From a virus (taxonomy: Duplodnaviria > Caudoviricetes): a DNA stretch of 36,060 bases. Location: positions 1 to 36,060 of the IMG/VR virus record IMGVR_UViG_3300012232_000437; one strand, given 5' to 3'. Below the pieces are notes generated by a model, which did no database searches, was not told the origin of the DNA, and saw nothing but the letters and a program-made list of their open reading frames with translations. Positions 25,213-34,965 of this stretch are shown piece after piece (positions within the stretch are counted from its first letter, which is position 1; every line of letters starts with the position of its first letter). Position numbers and translations under genes: made by a program.

Positions 25213-25719
25213 GTGGCGATGAAGACGCGCGCGGCAAAAATTGCCAAGGCCAAGGCCGGGATCCTGCTCGATCTGTCGCTCGGCGGCACGCCACAGCCGA
25301 ATAGCGTGACGTGTGCCGACCTGAAGATCGATCCGCGCAAGCCGAAGTTTCTGTTGCCGACGGGATCGGTGCATACCTGCGTCGCGACACACATCCTCGA
25401 GTATGTCGAACCGACACAGGTCTGGCAGTGGTTCGATGAGCTCCACCGGGTGATGCGGCCGGGCGGCACGGTGTATTTCTCCGGGCCGTATGGCGGCGAT
25501 GAGTCAGCAGGCTGGGTGTCGGATCCCTCGCATCGTGTGCGGATCACTGAGGGCACTTTTGCGTGGTTGGATCCGCGCCTACCTTTTTTCCAGCAGCACC
25601 CTGACGTGGGACGAAAACTGCCGAAGCCGTGGCATGTGCTGCAGGCGACTCGTGCGCCTGGGACGCATGGGACGACTACGTATCAGGTGGTCATGAGAAG
25701 CGCGAAGGCGTCTCAGTGA
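25213..25719 (+). CDS. Class I SAM methyltransferase-like protein
   Basis: LLDLSLGG, GSVHTCVATHILEYV, ELHRVMRPGG, SDPSHR. Confidence 0.75.
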   Translation: MAMKTRAAKIAKAKAGILLDLSLGGTPQPNSVTCADLKIDPRKPKFLLPTGSVHTCVATHILEYVEPTQVWQWFDELHRVMRPGGTVYFSGPYGGDESAGWVSDPSHRVRITEGTFAWLDPRLPFFQQHPDVGRKLPKPWHVLQATRAPGTHGTTTYQVVMRSAKASQ

Positions 25720-26051
25720 CGCGCTCGGTGCGCGCTGGCATCGGCGCGATTCTCGTGACGCTGTCCGGCGGTTCGATGCCGTGGGTGGTGGGGATCGATC
25801 GCGTCGTCCGGCTCGATCAATACATGGACGGCAAGCCTATCTGGTTTCGCGTCTGCACCGATGGGCCGTTTGGATCGTGTGAGGAGTCGCCGCACTACAC
25901 CGGGGTGGCTGGGACGGTGCAGCATTTCGATCTCCCGATGCGGTTCCGGCCTGGGCGCAAGACCGTGACCGTGGAGAGCTGCAACGCGGATGGGTGCGCG
26001 ATGCCGGTCGTAGTCGAGGCTGAGATTCCGATCCAGTGGGAGTTGCCGTGA
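25716..26051 (+). CDS. Small exported beta-sandwich-like protein
   Basis: Hydrophobic N-terminus; PGRKTVTVESCNADGC. Confidence 0.5.
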   Translation: MTRSVRAGIGAILVTLSGGSMPWVVGIDRVVRLDQYMDGKPIWFRVCTDGPFGSCEESPHYTGVAGTVQHFDLPMRFRPGRKTVTVESCNADGCAMPVVVEAEIPIQWELP

Positions 26052-26920
26052 GCGTGGTAGCACCAGCGGTTCCTGGCTATTGCGTGGATGCGACATGTGT
26101 CTGCCATCGTGGACTGGAATGGTCAGATGGTTCTAACACGCCAGTCACGGGCATCGATTTCACCGCCTCCGGTCTGCCGCTCGGATGCTGCCCGCGGTGC
26201 GGCCGTCGTGGCCCCAAGCCCACCACGATCGTCTTACCGCCCACGCTCATCTCCTTCGAGGATATGGAGGCGCGCGTCAAGGCGACTCGTGAGCAGCACG
26301 ACCGCACGCTGCAGGACTTCCACAAGGTCTGGTACGAGAGCGGTCACACGTGGGTGTGGACCAGTTTTCTTGGCGTCGGGATGATGAAGAACCCGATGGA
26401 CCTGTGGGTCTATCAGGAGCTCATGACAAAGTTGCGGCCGAAGACCATCGTCGAGACCGGCACGTTTGCTGGCGGCTCGGCGCTGTGGTTTGCCGTGCTG
26501 ATGGATGCGCTAGGGATTGATGACGGCCGGGTGATCACGATCGACCTCGACGATCACCGGAAGTGCCAGCATGACCGGATTACGTTTGTCGCGGGTGACT
26601 CAACGAGTCCCGCCCTAGTTGCGGCAGTTATGGCTGAGGTGGAACACCCGCTGCTCATTTCCCTCGATGCCGATCACTCTGCGGCGCATGTCCGCAAAGA
26701 GCTAGACCTCTATGCGCCGCATGTGCAGGTCGGGGAATACCTGGTCGTCGAGGACACCAACATCTCGTGGGACGACGAGCCGGGGGCGCGTGGCGGGCTG
26801 GAGTCCTATCTGCTGGCGCATCCGGGGGAGTTTCGGCAGGACATGCTCTGTGAGCATTACCTCTTGAGTTGCCATCCTGGGGGTTGGATTCAGCGCATCG
26901 TGGAGTGTCGCCATGCCTAA
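26048..26920 (+). CDS. CmcI (cephalosporin hydroxylase / rhamnosyl O-methyltransferase) family protein
   Basis: FLGVGMMKNPMDLWVYQE, IVETGTFAGGSALW, LDADHSAAHV, YLVVEDT; Cys-rich N-terminal extension. Confidence 0.9.
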   Translation: MSVVAPAVPGYCVDATCVCHRGLEWSDGSNTPVTGIDFTASGLPLGCCPRCGRRGPKPTTIVLPPTLISFEDMEARVKATREQHDRTLQDFHKVWYESGHTWVWTSFLGVGMMKNPMDLWVYQELMTKLRPKTIVETGTFAGGSALWFAVLMDALGIDDGRVITIDLDDHRKCQHDRITFVAGDSTSPALVAAVMAEVEHPLLISLDADHSAAHVRKELDLYAPHVQVGEYLVVEDTNISWDDEPGARGGLESYLLAHPGEFRQDMLCEHYLLSCHPGGWIQRIVECRHA

Positions 26921-27119
26921 TCTCGGATCACATACCTGCTGGTGGTGTGGTGAACAGACCACGAGTATGTTCTGGGCGTGCGAACGGTGCCGTCCGTTGA
27001 AAGAAGAAGGTTATCGGCGGGCGGCTGATCGTGGACTGACAGACATCGCTGGCGTCTATGCGTGCGTGTTTGAGGTGCTTCGTGAGCACGGGATCAGGCA
27101 ACCAAAGGATTATGCCTGA
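26913..27119 (+). CDS. Small Zn-finger protein
   Basis: CWWC..CERC. Confidence 0.5.
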   Translation: MPNLGSHTCWWCGEQTTSMFWACERCRPLKEEGYRRAADRGLTDIAGVYACVFEVLREHGIRQPKDYA

Positions 27120-27187
27120 GGCGATCGACTGGCGATCGGTCGTTGAACGCGGCGCAAGCCGAGCTATTCAAGGAGCGCGTGTCGTAG

Positions 27188-27547
27188 ATGAATAAAGGCC
27201 CGCTTTGGTCTTGTCTCAGTTGCGACTTCCATTGCGAATCCATGGACGCCCTGGAAGGGCATGTGCGCAATACGCACGGCTGGACGACGCCGCCGAGTGT
27301 CCACAGCACGCCGCCGAAGCGTTGCGAGTATGCCCGGCCCGGACTCGGCCGCTGCGTGGATACCTCAGGGGCGGTGCATGGACATCACTTCAAGCCTGGG
27401 CAGTTGGATGAGGCACTGGTGCTCACGGTAGAGGAAGCCCGCGCGCTGACGGACTACATGAACGATCAGTATCTGAATCCAAATCGACATCCGGTGCTGA
27501 GTCGGATGCTGACGAGGATCTCGTCGCACATACTGGTGACGACATGA
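27188..27547 (+). CDS. C2H2 Zn-finger protein with C-terminal DQYLN domain
   Basis: WSCLSCDF..HVRNTH; C-terminus paralogous to 35354-35542. Confidence 0.6.
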   Translation: MNKGPLWSCLSCDFHCESMDALEGHVRNTHGWTTPPSVHSTPPKRCEYARPGLGRCVDTSGAVHGHHFKPGQLDEALVLTVEEARALTDYMNDQYLNPNRHPVLSRMLTRISSHILVTT

Positions 27548-28365
27548 AGAAGCGCTCGGCCTTAGCGCTCAATCCTCGGCATCCTGCGCCCGGCTCCGAC
27601 AATGTGCAGGTCTTGCTGGGGCATCCGTCACTCGGACAGGTGCGTCTCGAGTGGATGAATGCGGTCATCGGGATGGTGTCGCCGCCGAACTGGGCTCTGG
27701 TCCGTTCGACACCACAGGGCTATCTGGTGCCGGATGCGCAGAACATTCTCGTGGATACGATGCTGCGCGGATCGTTTCGCGCGCTGCTGTTGATCGAGGA
27801 CGACACCTGTCCGCCTCCGGATGCGTTGATTCAATTCGACCGCTGGTTCTGGAAGATGGAGCGCAAGAAGGCCCCGCCGATTGTCTCAGGGCTGTATCAC
27901 ATCAAGGGCAGTCAGGAAGTGCGGCACGGCAAGACCGGAGGCATTGAACTGCTTGGTCCGGAACCGCTGGCGTATCGCGGTGGTGGCCAGCGAGCCTTTC
28001 GAGACTGGACACCTGGCGATGTGATTTGGGTGTCAGGCATTCCGACGGGTGCGCTGCTGATCCACCGCTCGGTGCTTGAGGCGTGGGCGAGAGAACCCGA
28101 CGTCGAGGAGTACACGCTGCCGGGCTATCCGTGGCCGCTGAAGAAGATTTTCCAGAACCCGTCCCTGGTGTGGATTGATCCGCAGACGCAGGGGATTCAC
28201 GCCTCGACAGGGACCAGTGACCTCTGGTTTTCAGAGCACACCATCAAGCGCAACATTCTCGAGAAGGCTGGCTGGAAGAAGTTTGCGAAGAAGCCGTTTC
28301 CGTACGTGGTCGACACATCATTGCGCTTCGGCCACATCGACCGGCAGACAGGCGCGGTGACGTGA
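27544..28365 (+). CDS. GT-A fold (family 2-like) glycosyltransferase
   Basis: AQNILV, LLLIEDDT (DxD-like), IVSGLY, PTGALLIHRSVLE, SDLWFS, VDTSLRFGHID. Confidence 0.85.
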   Translation: MKKRSALALNPRHPAPGSDNVQVLLGHPSLGQVRLEWMNAVIGMVSPPNWALVRSTPQGYLVPDAQNILVDTMLRGSFRALLLIEDDTCPPPDALIQFDRWFWKMERKKAPPIVSGLYHIKGSQEVRHGKTGGIELLGPEPLAYRGGGQRAFRDWTPGDVIWVSGIPTGALLIHRSVLEAWAREPDVEEYTLPGYPWPLKKIFQNPSLVWIDPQTQGIHASTGTSDLWFSEHTIKRNILEKAGWKKFAKKPFPYVVDTSLRFGHIDRQTGAVT

Positions 28366-28676
28366 TGGCGTTGAAACGTCAAGAGAAGCCGCGCATTGTC
28401 GTGACCGATGGCGATGGCCTACATGTCGTGAGAAATCTGAAGCCGGCGCATCAGCGGTATTACCGGACGTATGGTGTTGTTGTGGGCGAAGTAGATGATG
28501 GTCGTCTGGCGATATTGGTGTATGGGGAAATCCACATGCGCTATTTCAAGGGTTGGGCCTTGCAGCGAGTGCCATTTTGTGGTCCTACTGATTGGCGTGC
28601 TGAGTGGACTCCTGAGCGCCTAAAGAAGCGCATTCGTCAGTATCGCAAAAAGATGTCATCGGAGCAGGTGTTTTAG
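28365..28676 (+). CDS. Hypothetical protein
   Basis: Coupled to the glycosyltransferase; AT-richer codons suggest a recent insert. Confidence 0.55.
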   Translation: MALKRQEKPRIVVTDGDGLHVVRNLKPAHQRYYRTYGVVVGEVDDGRLAILVYGEIHMRYFKGWALQRVPFCGPTDWRAEWTPERLKKRIRQYRKKMSSEQVF

Positions 28677-29143
28677 TGGCCTCTGCTCTGTCGGTCCTCG
28701 TCGCTGGTCGCGGGTTCGGGCGGTCCAAGATCATGTCGGGGACGCCGCTGGTGATGACGGTGTCCCTCAGCGAGGGACTGAAGCTCTCCGCCAACACGGT
28801 GTCGCGGACGTGGCATGACACCGGTGACGTGGCGTTTAACGCGAGCCCGGATCATGCGACGGTGCTCAGTTACACGGCGCGGTTGCGGGTGTCTGGCAGT
28901 GCGACGGTGGTGGCGTCTCAGCTCTTGGGCAAGCCGACACCGGATGGCAACAACGTGATCATCGTGCCGCTGGCAGGCTTCCTGGCGTATCGCGCGGCGG
29001 GGGATTACACGATTTCGATTCTGGCAACGGATGCGGTGGGGTCGGCGGATTCAGCCGAGTCGCCACCGTTTACGCTGCCCTTGCCGTGGCCCACAGAACG
29101 ATTGAAGGTGACTGATGGCCCTCCCAGTGTTACGCGCGTCTAA
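28676..29143 (+). CDS. FN3/Ig-like protein with ExLKV motifs
   Basis: VAFNASPDH..SYTARL..GDYTISILATDAVGSADS. Confidence 0.65.
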   Translation: MASALSVLVAGRGFGRSKIMSGTPLVMTVSLSEGLKLSANTVSRTWHDTGDVAFNASPDHATVLSYTARLRVSGSATVVASQLLGKPTPDGNNVIIVPLAGFLAYRAAGDYTISILATDAVGSADSAESPPFTLPLPWPTERLKVTDGPPSVTRV

Positions 29144-30965
29144 ATTCGCCGCCTTCTGGCTCGTGCTGTTGCTGGCGGTCAGCGCGTGGGCGCAGCCGCG
29201 TCCCGCGTCTGGCGTCATGGTGGCGGCCCCCTTGACCGCGCCGCCGGTGTCTGGTCTGAGCTGCGGCCAAGCCACAACGCGGTGCGTGCCGAGCGAACAC
29301 GCCACGATTGATGCCTGCTGGGAAGCGATGAGCGCGGGCGATACCTGCCTCGTGTCCGCGGGCACCTATGCCGAACTGCCGGCCTCGACGCGGAATGGCT
29401 CGAGCGGCAATACCCTCACCTTCAAGGGCACCGGCACGGTGAACGTGTGCGGTTGGGACTTCAGCGGCAACAGTTACATCCGGCTGATCGGGTTCACGTT
29501 CAACAACATCACGGCGGGCTGCGCGACACGCGACGGCACGGTGCGGTTGTTGGGCGTCAACACGAAGATCGAGATCTGGAATAACACATTTGGGCGGGGC
29601 GTGCGGGCGATTGGGCAAAACTCGCTCGCGGATCGGTGCAATGGCTGCGTTATCGTCGGGAACTTTTTCACGAATGTGAATGTGCCTGACGCGGGCTTCG
29701 GCACGGGTGGCGGCGTCGGCTTCGCGTTCAATGACGCCTTTATTGCCTATAACGACTTTGGCCCCATTGATGCCGACGCGATCAACGTGACGGGCGTCCA
29801 GAATCGGTTTGTTGGGAATTACCTGCACGACGTGTCGCAGATCTCGGGACATTCTGACTTCTGGCAGACCGACACCAGCGACGACGGAACGCAGTTCATC
29901 CTCGCCGAAGCCAACTTTGATCGCGGCGTGGGGAATCTGTCTGACGAGCATGTCGGAGTGATTCAAAACCTGACCTCTGGACGGTGCCCAGGCACCGGCG
30001 GTGTCTGCGGCGCAGTCACGGACAACACGTGGCGCCGCAATGTGTTCTACAACATGAGCGGTGGCCTCGGGGTGTCGTATGGTCCTATCGCGACGATGTT
30101 GAACACGCGGTATTACTCAAACACCGAAATCGACACGATGCTGTATCCGGTCGCGAATACGACCGCGTATTCAACGAATTTCTTTAACGGCGTTGACTGG
30201 GTGTTTCTCCGCAACAACGTGAGCTATGCCGCATGGGGCACCGGGATCTCGGCCAATATCGAAGTCTTCCACAGTGAAGCGGCGAACAACGACCGCGACT
30301 ATAACCTGGCGTATGACCCTGACGGCTCAGTGACATTCGCCAGCGTCTGGACCAATCAGGCGCACGAGCAGAGCAACGTCAATCCCAATTTCGTCAATAA
30401 GGCTGGCTTAGATTTCCATCTCGCTGCGGGATCCGGGGACGGCGCGAATGCGCGCGGCACGGGCGGGCCTCTCACCACAGCCACGAGCTGCAGTGGGACC
30501 ACGCTCAACGTGGCGTCACGCGGTGGTGGATTCTTCCGCGGCGACAACACCACACTGGACCAATACAGTGGCGGGCTCGTCAAGGGCGACACGATTACGG
30601 TGGGGAGCTCGACGCGAGAGATCGCCAGCATCTCTGGGGATGTCATCACGCTGACGGCCTCGGTGACCTGTTCGAATGGTGATGCGGTGTATCTCGGCGA
30701 TGACACGACGCCAGATCTCGGAGCCTTCCCCTATAAGGTGGGCGGGTACACGCTGAGCGCCACGTATGTCAATTCCGGTGGCACCGTGACGACGACGCCC
30801 AACGATGTGAACCTCGTGCGGTTTGTGGTCTGCTACTCGGATGGTGTCCCGTATGCGGTGGACCACACCAGCCCGTATACCTGCGCGTCTCCTGGTGGCA
30901 CGCTGAACGTGCGCGTCTATCCGATGTATGCCTCACAGACGCTCTGGGCGGTGGCGACACCCTAA
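29115..30965 (+). CDS. Signal-peptide-bearing right-handed beta-helix (pectin-lyase-like) protein
   Basis: Signal peptide ending VSAWA-Q; AGDTCLVSAGTY; Asn ladders; NPNFVN..DFHL; PDLGAFPY. Confidence 0.8.
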   Translation: MALPVLRASKFAAFWLVLLLAVSAWAQPRPASGVMVAAPLTAPPVSGLSCGQATTRCVPSEHATIDACWEAMSAGDTCLVSAGTYAELPASTRNGSSGNTLTFKGTGTVNVCGWDFSGNSYIRLIGFTFNNITAGCATRDGTVRLLGVNTKIEIWNNTFGRGVRAIGQNSLADRCNGCVIVGNFFTNVNVPDAGFGTGGGVGFAFNDAFIAYNDFGPIDADAINVTGVQNRFVGNYLHDVSQISGHSDFWQTDTSDDGTQFILAEANFDRGVGNLSDEHVGVIQNLTSGRCPGTGGVCGAVTDNTWRRNVFYNMSGGLGVSYGPIATMLNTRYYSNTEIDTMLYPVANTTAYSTNFFNGVDWVFLRNNVSYAAWGTGISANIEVFHSEAANNDRDYNLAYDPDGSVTFASVWTNQAHEQSNVNPNFVNKAGLDFHLAAGSGDGANARGTGGPLTTATSCSGTTLNVASRGGGFFRGDNTTLDQYSGGLVKGDTITVGSSTREIASISGDVITLTASVTCSNGDAVYLGDDTTPDLGAFPYKVGGYTLSATYVNSGGTVTTTPNDVNLVRFVVCYSDGVPYAVDHTSPYTCASPGGTLNVRVYPMYASQTLWAVATP

Positions 30966-32017
30966 TGGCTGATCGCACGGTCTTCGTTGACGGCACGACG
31001 TCCGGCACGCCGGGCACCAACGGGGCGCACTACGCCACGCTGTCTGCGGCCATCACAGGTGAATCTGGCGCGGCGCCAGATCTGGTGAGCGGTGCGGCCA
31101 TCTTGACCATTGAGTGCAGCGGCAACGTCTCTGATACCACGTCGGTCGACGTCGTGGGCTTCACCGTGGACGCCACGCACTACATCAAGATTGTGACGCC
31201 GGTCGCGTCACGCCATGCCGGCGTGTGGAGCACCTCCAAGTATCGGCTGGAGGTGGCCAATCCGGCAGTGGCGGTGGTGCATCTGCGCACGGAATTCACG
31301 CGCGTCGAAGGGCTGCAGGTGCGCAAGTCGGCTAGCAATGCCAACGACCAGATGATCTTCCACGTGGAGGCGAGCAGCGCCTGCACGATGCAGATCACGG
31401 ATTGTCTGATCCGCAACGTGCCCACAGATGCCTTCCGTGCGCCGAACATCTGGGTTGTCAGCGCCAATGTCACGGCCTATCTGATCAACAACATCTGCTA
31501 TGGGTCACCGGATGTTGTGACGCCGTATGCCTCGGGCATCATGGTCGAGGCGGGCACGGCGTATGTCTACTCCTGCACGGTCATCGGCGGCTGGGATGGT
31601 CTGGTCGTCAGTGGTGGCGCGACCGTCAATGCCAAGAACAGCTATTTCGCTGAGAATTCGACGGACGGCGGGGCGAATTCCATTTCAGCGACGGGCACCT
31701 TCAATCAGACGACGTGCGCGGCCAATGATGCCTCAGGGCTGGTGAACGTCGGGCTGCAGAGCATCGCGATCAATACGACGAACTTCACCAACGTCACACC
31801 GGGGAGTGAGGACTGGCATTTGCCACTCGGGTCGGCGCTGATCGATGTGGGCACTGATACGAGTGGTGAGGGGGCCCCCTTGAATTTCACCAGAGACATC
31901 GACGATCAGGCGCGCACGGTGCCGTGGGACATTGGCGCGGATTCGCGCGAGTCTGTCGGTGGTGGTGATTTGTCGGTGAGTTTACAGGAAGCGCAGATCG
32001 GTGGGTCGGTCTTCTAA
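30965..32017 (+). CDS. Beta-helix-type putative virion or fibre protein
   Basis: YATLSAA, DWHLPLGSALIDVG, DIDDQARTVPWDIGAD. Confidence 0.75.
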   Translation: MADRTVFVDGTTSGTPGTNGAHYATLSAAITGESGAAPDLVSGAAILTIECSGNVSDTTSVDVVGFTVDATHYIKIVTPVASRHAGVWSTSKYRLEVANPAVAVVHLRTEFTRVEGLQVRKSASNANDQMIFHVEASSACTMQITDCLIRNVPTDAFRAPNIWVVSANVTAYLINNICYGSPDVVTPYASGIMVEAGTAYVYSCTVIGGWDGLVVSGGATVNAKNSYFAENSTDGGANSISATGTFNQTTCAANDASGLVNVGLQSIAINTTNFTNVTPGSEDWHLPLGSALIDVGTDTSGEGAPLNFTRDIDDQARTVPWDIGADSRESVGGGDLSVSLQEAQIGGSVF

Positions 32018-32211
32018 TGCCTATTGACGAACTCGGCGTCGGCGTCGTGGACCACGTGACCGCGGAGATGGTGGAGTGTGGTCCGCCCTTGGACGGGGAG
32101 ACGCCGACGCCGATCCAGTCCACGGACGCCACGCCGACCGCGCAAGCGCAGGACGCGACCATCGAGCAGACCGGGGCCGGGCCGCCACCGAAAGCGGTGA
32201 GACGTGGCTAA
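32017..32211 (+). CDS. Small hypothetical protein
   Basis: TAATG coupling; 64 aa. Confidence 0.5.
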   Translation: MPIDELGVGVVDHVTAEMVECGPPLDGETPTPIQSTDATPTAQAQDATIEQTGAGPPPKAVRRG

Positions 32212-34381
32212 GCCGGTCATCACCTGGAAGTCCAACAATTACGTCACGACGGCTGGGCCGACCTACACGGCCTCGCCGACGTGGACCCCCGCCGCGAATT
32301 CTCTTCTCGTGGCCCTCAGCGTGGGCTGTTCCGCCTCGCCCACCGACCCCACCGGCGTCACCGGACACGGGCAGACGTACAGCAAAGTCGTCGTTCCCAC
32401 GGCCACGCTCAGCACGACCCACATCATGTCGATCTGGGTGGCGCATGCGGGGCCGTCGCCGACCAGCGTGGCGGAGGTGGCGAGCTTTGGCGGCACGCCC
32501 ACCGGCAACGCGCTGATTTGTTTTGAAATCACGGGCTGGGAAGTCGACGAGGCGGCGATCAACGCCTTCGGTACCAACATCAAAACGGCCACCGGCACGG
32601 GCACCACGGGCACGGTCACCTTAGACCTGCGGCCCGATGTCACCAGTGAATACGTCAACCTCGCCTTCTGGCTGCATCTGGCGAATGAAGCCACCACGCC
32701 ACGCGCGAGCTGGACGGAAACCGCTGGCGCGGATGGCAATTTCAACACGCCAGCCACTGGGGCTGAGGCGCAGTTCCGCACGGACGTCTTCGAGCTCACC
32801 AACACGGCCACGTGGTCGACCAGTGCCTTGTGGCGTGGCTTGGGGTTGTATGTCCGTGGCACGGACACCACGCCGATCGAGCGCGTCCGCATCAGTGACC
32901 AGATTAGCGTCTCGCTGACGCCGATTTTTACCAGCCTCACCGAGAACGTCGAGATCACCGACACCGTGGCGGCGGATATTCCCCAGCCGCCACTCACGGC
33001 CTCAGTCACTGAGAATCTCAAGGTTGATGACAGCGGCCAAGGCGCCACGCAACTGGTCGGGCCGATCCGGGTGCAGGACGGGCCGGTCGTGGCCGCGTTG
33101 GTGGAGGCGGGTGCAGGCGACCTGACGACCGGACTGCTGACCGAGACGCTGAAGGTTAGCGACACCACGCAGCAGGCGCTGAACCCGCTTGAGCGATCGA
33201 TCGCCGAGTCGATCAAGGTCAGCGACAGTGCCAGTCTGACCCTGAATCCGCTCGAGCGGACACTCACCGAATCCATCAAGGTCACCGACACCCCAGCTAC
33301 CACGCTGGATCCGTTGCAGGCGGCCCCCCAAGAGGCCATCCGAGTCACCGACACGCTGACGCGCACGCTGGATCCGCTGAACGCCACGCCCAGCGAATCT
33401 ATACGCGTCACCGACACGGTCACGGTCACGGAAGACCCGCTGCAGGCGACCCCGAGCGAGAACCTCAAGGTCAGCGAGAGCACGGCCCGCACCCTCGATC
33501 CGCTGCAGGCCACCCCACAGGAAGCCGTCAAGGTTCAAGACGTTCTCCAGGTCGACGCCTTCGGTCTCACAGTTGTCCTCACCGAGAACGTCAAGGTAGC
33601 GGACATCGTCAGCCGCACCTTGGATCCGGAGCAGGCAACTCCGAGTGAGGCCGTCAGGGTCACTGATAGCGTTTCAGCGCAACTGGATCTGCTGCAGACC
33701 ACGGTCACGGAATCCGTCAAGGTCTCGGACAGCGCCAGTGGTGCGGTGGATCCGCTCCAGGCCACGCTGCAGGAAGCCGTTAAGGTCCGAGACATCCTGA
33801 CGGTCGATCCGTTCGGGATTCTCGTGACGGTGACCGAAACCATCCGGGTCACGGACACGGCCAGCGTCACGCTGGATCCTGAGCAGGCGCAACCGACCGA
33901 GTCGGTAAAGGTCAGCGATCAGGTGTCAGCCAGCCTGAGCGTGCTGACGGCCTCGGTGCAGGAATCGGTCAAGGTCTCGGATGCCGTTGCGGCGGCCTTC
34001 GACCTGACACGTGCCATTCCAGACGAATCGGTCAGGGTCACCGATACCGTCTCGGCGCAACTGCTGACGCTGGTGGCCACGCTCACCGAGAGTGTCAAGG
34101 TCAGCGACAGTGTCCAGGCGAGTCTGCAGTTTCTTGGCGGGCTGAGCACGAGCCTCACGGAATCGGTGAAGGTGCAGGACAGTGTCCAAGCTGCATCAGG
34201 GTTGCTCGAGGCCACCCTCACTGAGTCGATCAAGATTCAGGACAACGTCTACACGATTCCGGTCACGCCTGGGCTCGTGGTGCATGTGCGGCCACGCATC
34301 ACCACGGTTCATGTCCAGCCACGCGAATACATCGTGCATGTGCGGCCGAGAGTGACGACGGTACAGGTGAAAGCGAGATAA
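32204..34381 (+). CDS. Fibre-like protein with ~22 TESVKVSD-type repeats
   Basis: Globular ~220-aa N-terminus, ~21-aa periodic repeats, C-terminal VHVRPR-type repeats. Confidence 0.85.
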   Translation: MAKPVITWKSNNYVTTAGPTYTASPTWTPAANSLLVALSVGCSASPTDPTGVTGHGQTYSKVVVPTATLSTTHIMSIWVAHAGPSPTSVAEVASFGGTPTGNALICFEITGWEVDEAAINAFGTNIKTATGTGTTGTVTLDLRPDVTSEYVNLAFWLHLANEATTPRASWTETAGADGNFNTPATGAEAQFRTDVFELTNTATWSTSALWRGLGLYVRGTDTTPIERVRISDQISVSLTPIFTSLTENVEITDTVAADIPQPPLTASVTENLKVDDSGQGATQLVGPIRVQDGPVVAALVEAGAGDLTTGLLTETLKVSDTTQQALNPLERSIAESIKVSDSASLTLNPLERTLTESIKVTDTPATTLDPLQAAPQEAIRVTDTLTRTLDPLNATPSESIRVTDTVTVTEDPLQATPSENLKVSESTARTLDPLQATPQEAVKVQDVLQVDAFGLTVVLTENVKVADIVSRTLDPEQATPSEAVRVTDSVSAQLDLLQTTVTESVKVSDSASGAVDPLQATLQEAVKVRDILTVDPFGILVTVTETIRVTDTASVTLDPEQAQPTESVKVSDQVSASLSVLTASVQESVKVSDAVAAAFDLTRAIPDESVRVTDTVSAQLLTLVATLTESVKVSDSVQASLQFLGGLSTSLTESVKVQDSVQAASGLLEATLTESIKIQDNVYTIPVTPGLVVHVRPRITTVHVQPREYIVHVRPRVTTVQVKAR

Positions 34382-34383
34382 CG

Positions 34384-34692
34384 ATGGAAGTCACGATTGA
34401 TGATGGCGGATTCGCCACACGAGACAGCAGCGAAGTGCTGCCGATTGTCTTTGATTATGACGATGTACTGGCGGCCGGCGTGCAGCTGGCCAGCGTGGGC
34501 ACGATTACGGTGACGCCGGTCACTGGTGCGCCTACGGTGACCAGCATTGTGCTGATGGCCGGGAATCGCAAGGTCATGGGCATGCGCAGCGGTGGGACGG
34601 TCGGTCGCACCTATACGTATGAGCATACCGTGCAGACCAACGAGGTGCCGGCACCGACCTATAGCCCGTGGATCAAAGAACGTATCACATAG
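34384..34692 (+). CDS. Putative fibre adaptor or virion protein
   Basis: RDSSEVLPIVFDY..SGGTVGRTYTYEHTVQTN pattern; follows the fibre-like gene. Confidence 0.65.
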   Translation: MEVTIDDGGFATRDSSEVLPIVFDYDDVLAAGVQLASVGTITVTPVTGAPTVTSIVLMAGNRKVMGMRSGGTVGRTYTYEHTVQTNEVPAPTYSPWIKERIT

Positions 34693-34771
34693 CCCAGTAT
34701 GGCACTCGTCGGCACAACGTGCATAGGAATGGCGTGTGTTTCTGTGCTAAGAAACTCAGCGATGTCTCCAC

Positions 34772-34963
34772 GTGCCTGAGCCCCGACGGTGGGCGTACAT
34801 TGAAGCGAAGGCTGGCATCATCTGCCCGTGGTGCAAGGCCGCTGCGGGTCGTCAGTGCCACTCGCCGAAAGGCTCAAAGTGCGGCACCATCCATGCGGAT
34901 CGGCTCAAGGCGTATCGAGCCTCGATTGGTGAAGCTGAATACATCAGGAGACACGGAAAATAA
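34772..34963 (+). CDS. Small Zn-finger protein
   Basis: CPWCKAAAGRQC..IHADR. Confidence 0.6.
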   Translation: MPEPRRWAYIEAKAGIICPWCKAAAGRQCHSPKGSKCGTIHADRLKAYRASIGEAEYIRRHGK

Positions 34964-34965
34964 GC

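Noticed and set aside
32870-34260. Tandem repeats as a DNA-level array or DGR template
   Set aside because: Repeats are conserved at protein level with synonymous variation; no reverse transcriptase or adenine-specific variable pair was seen
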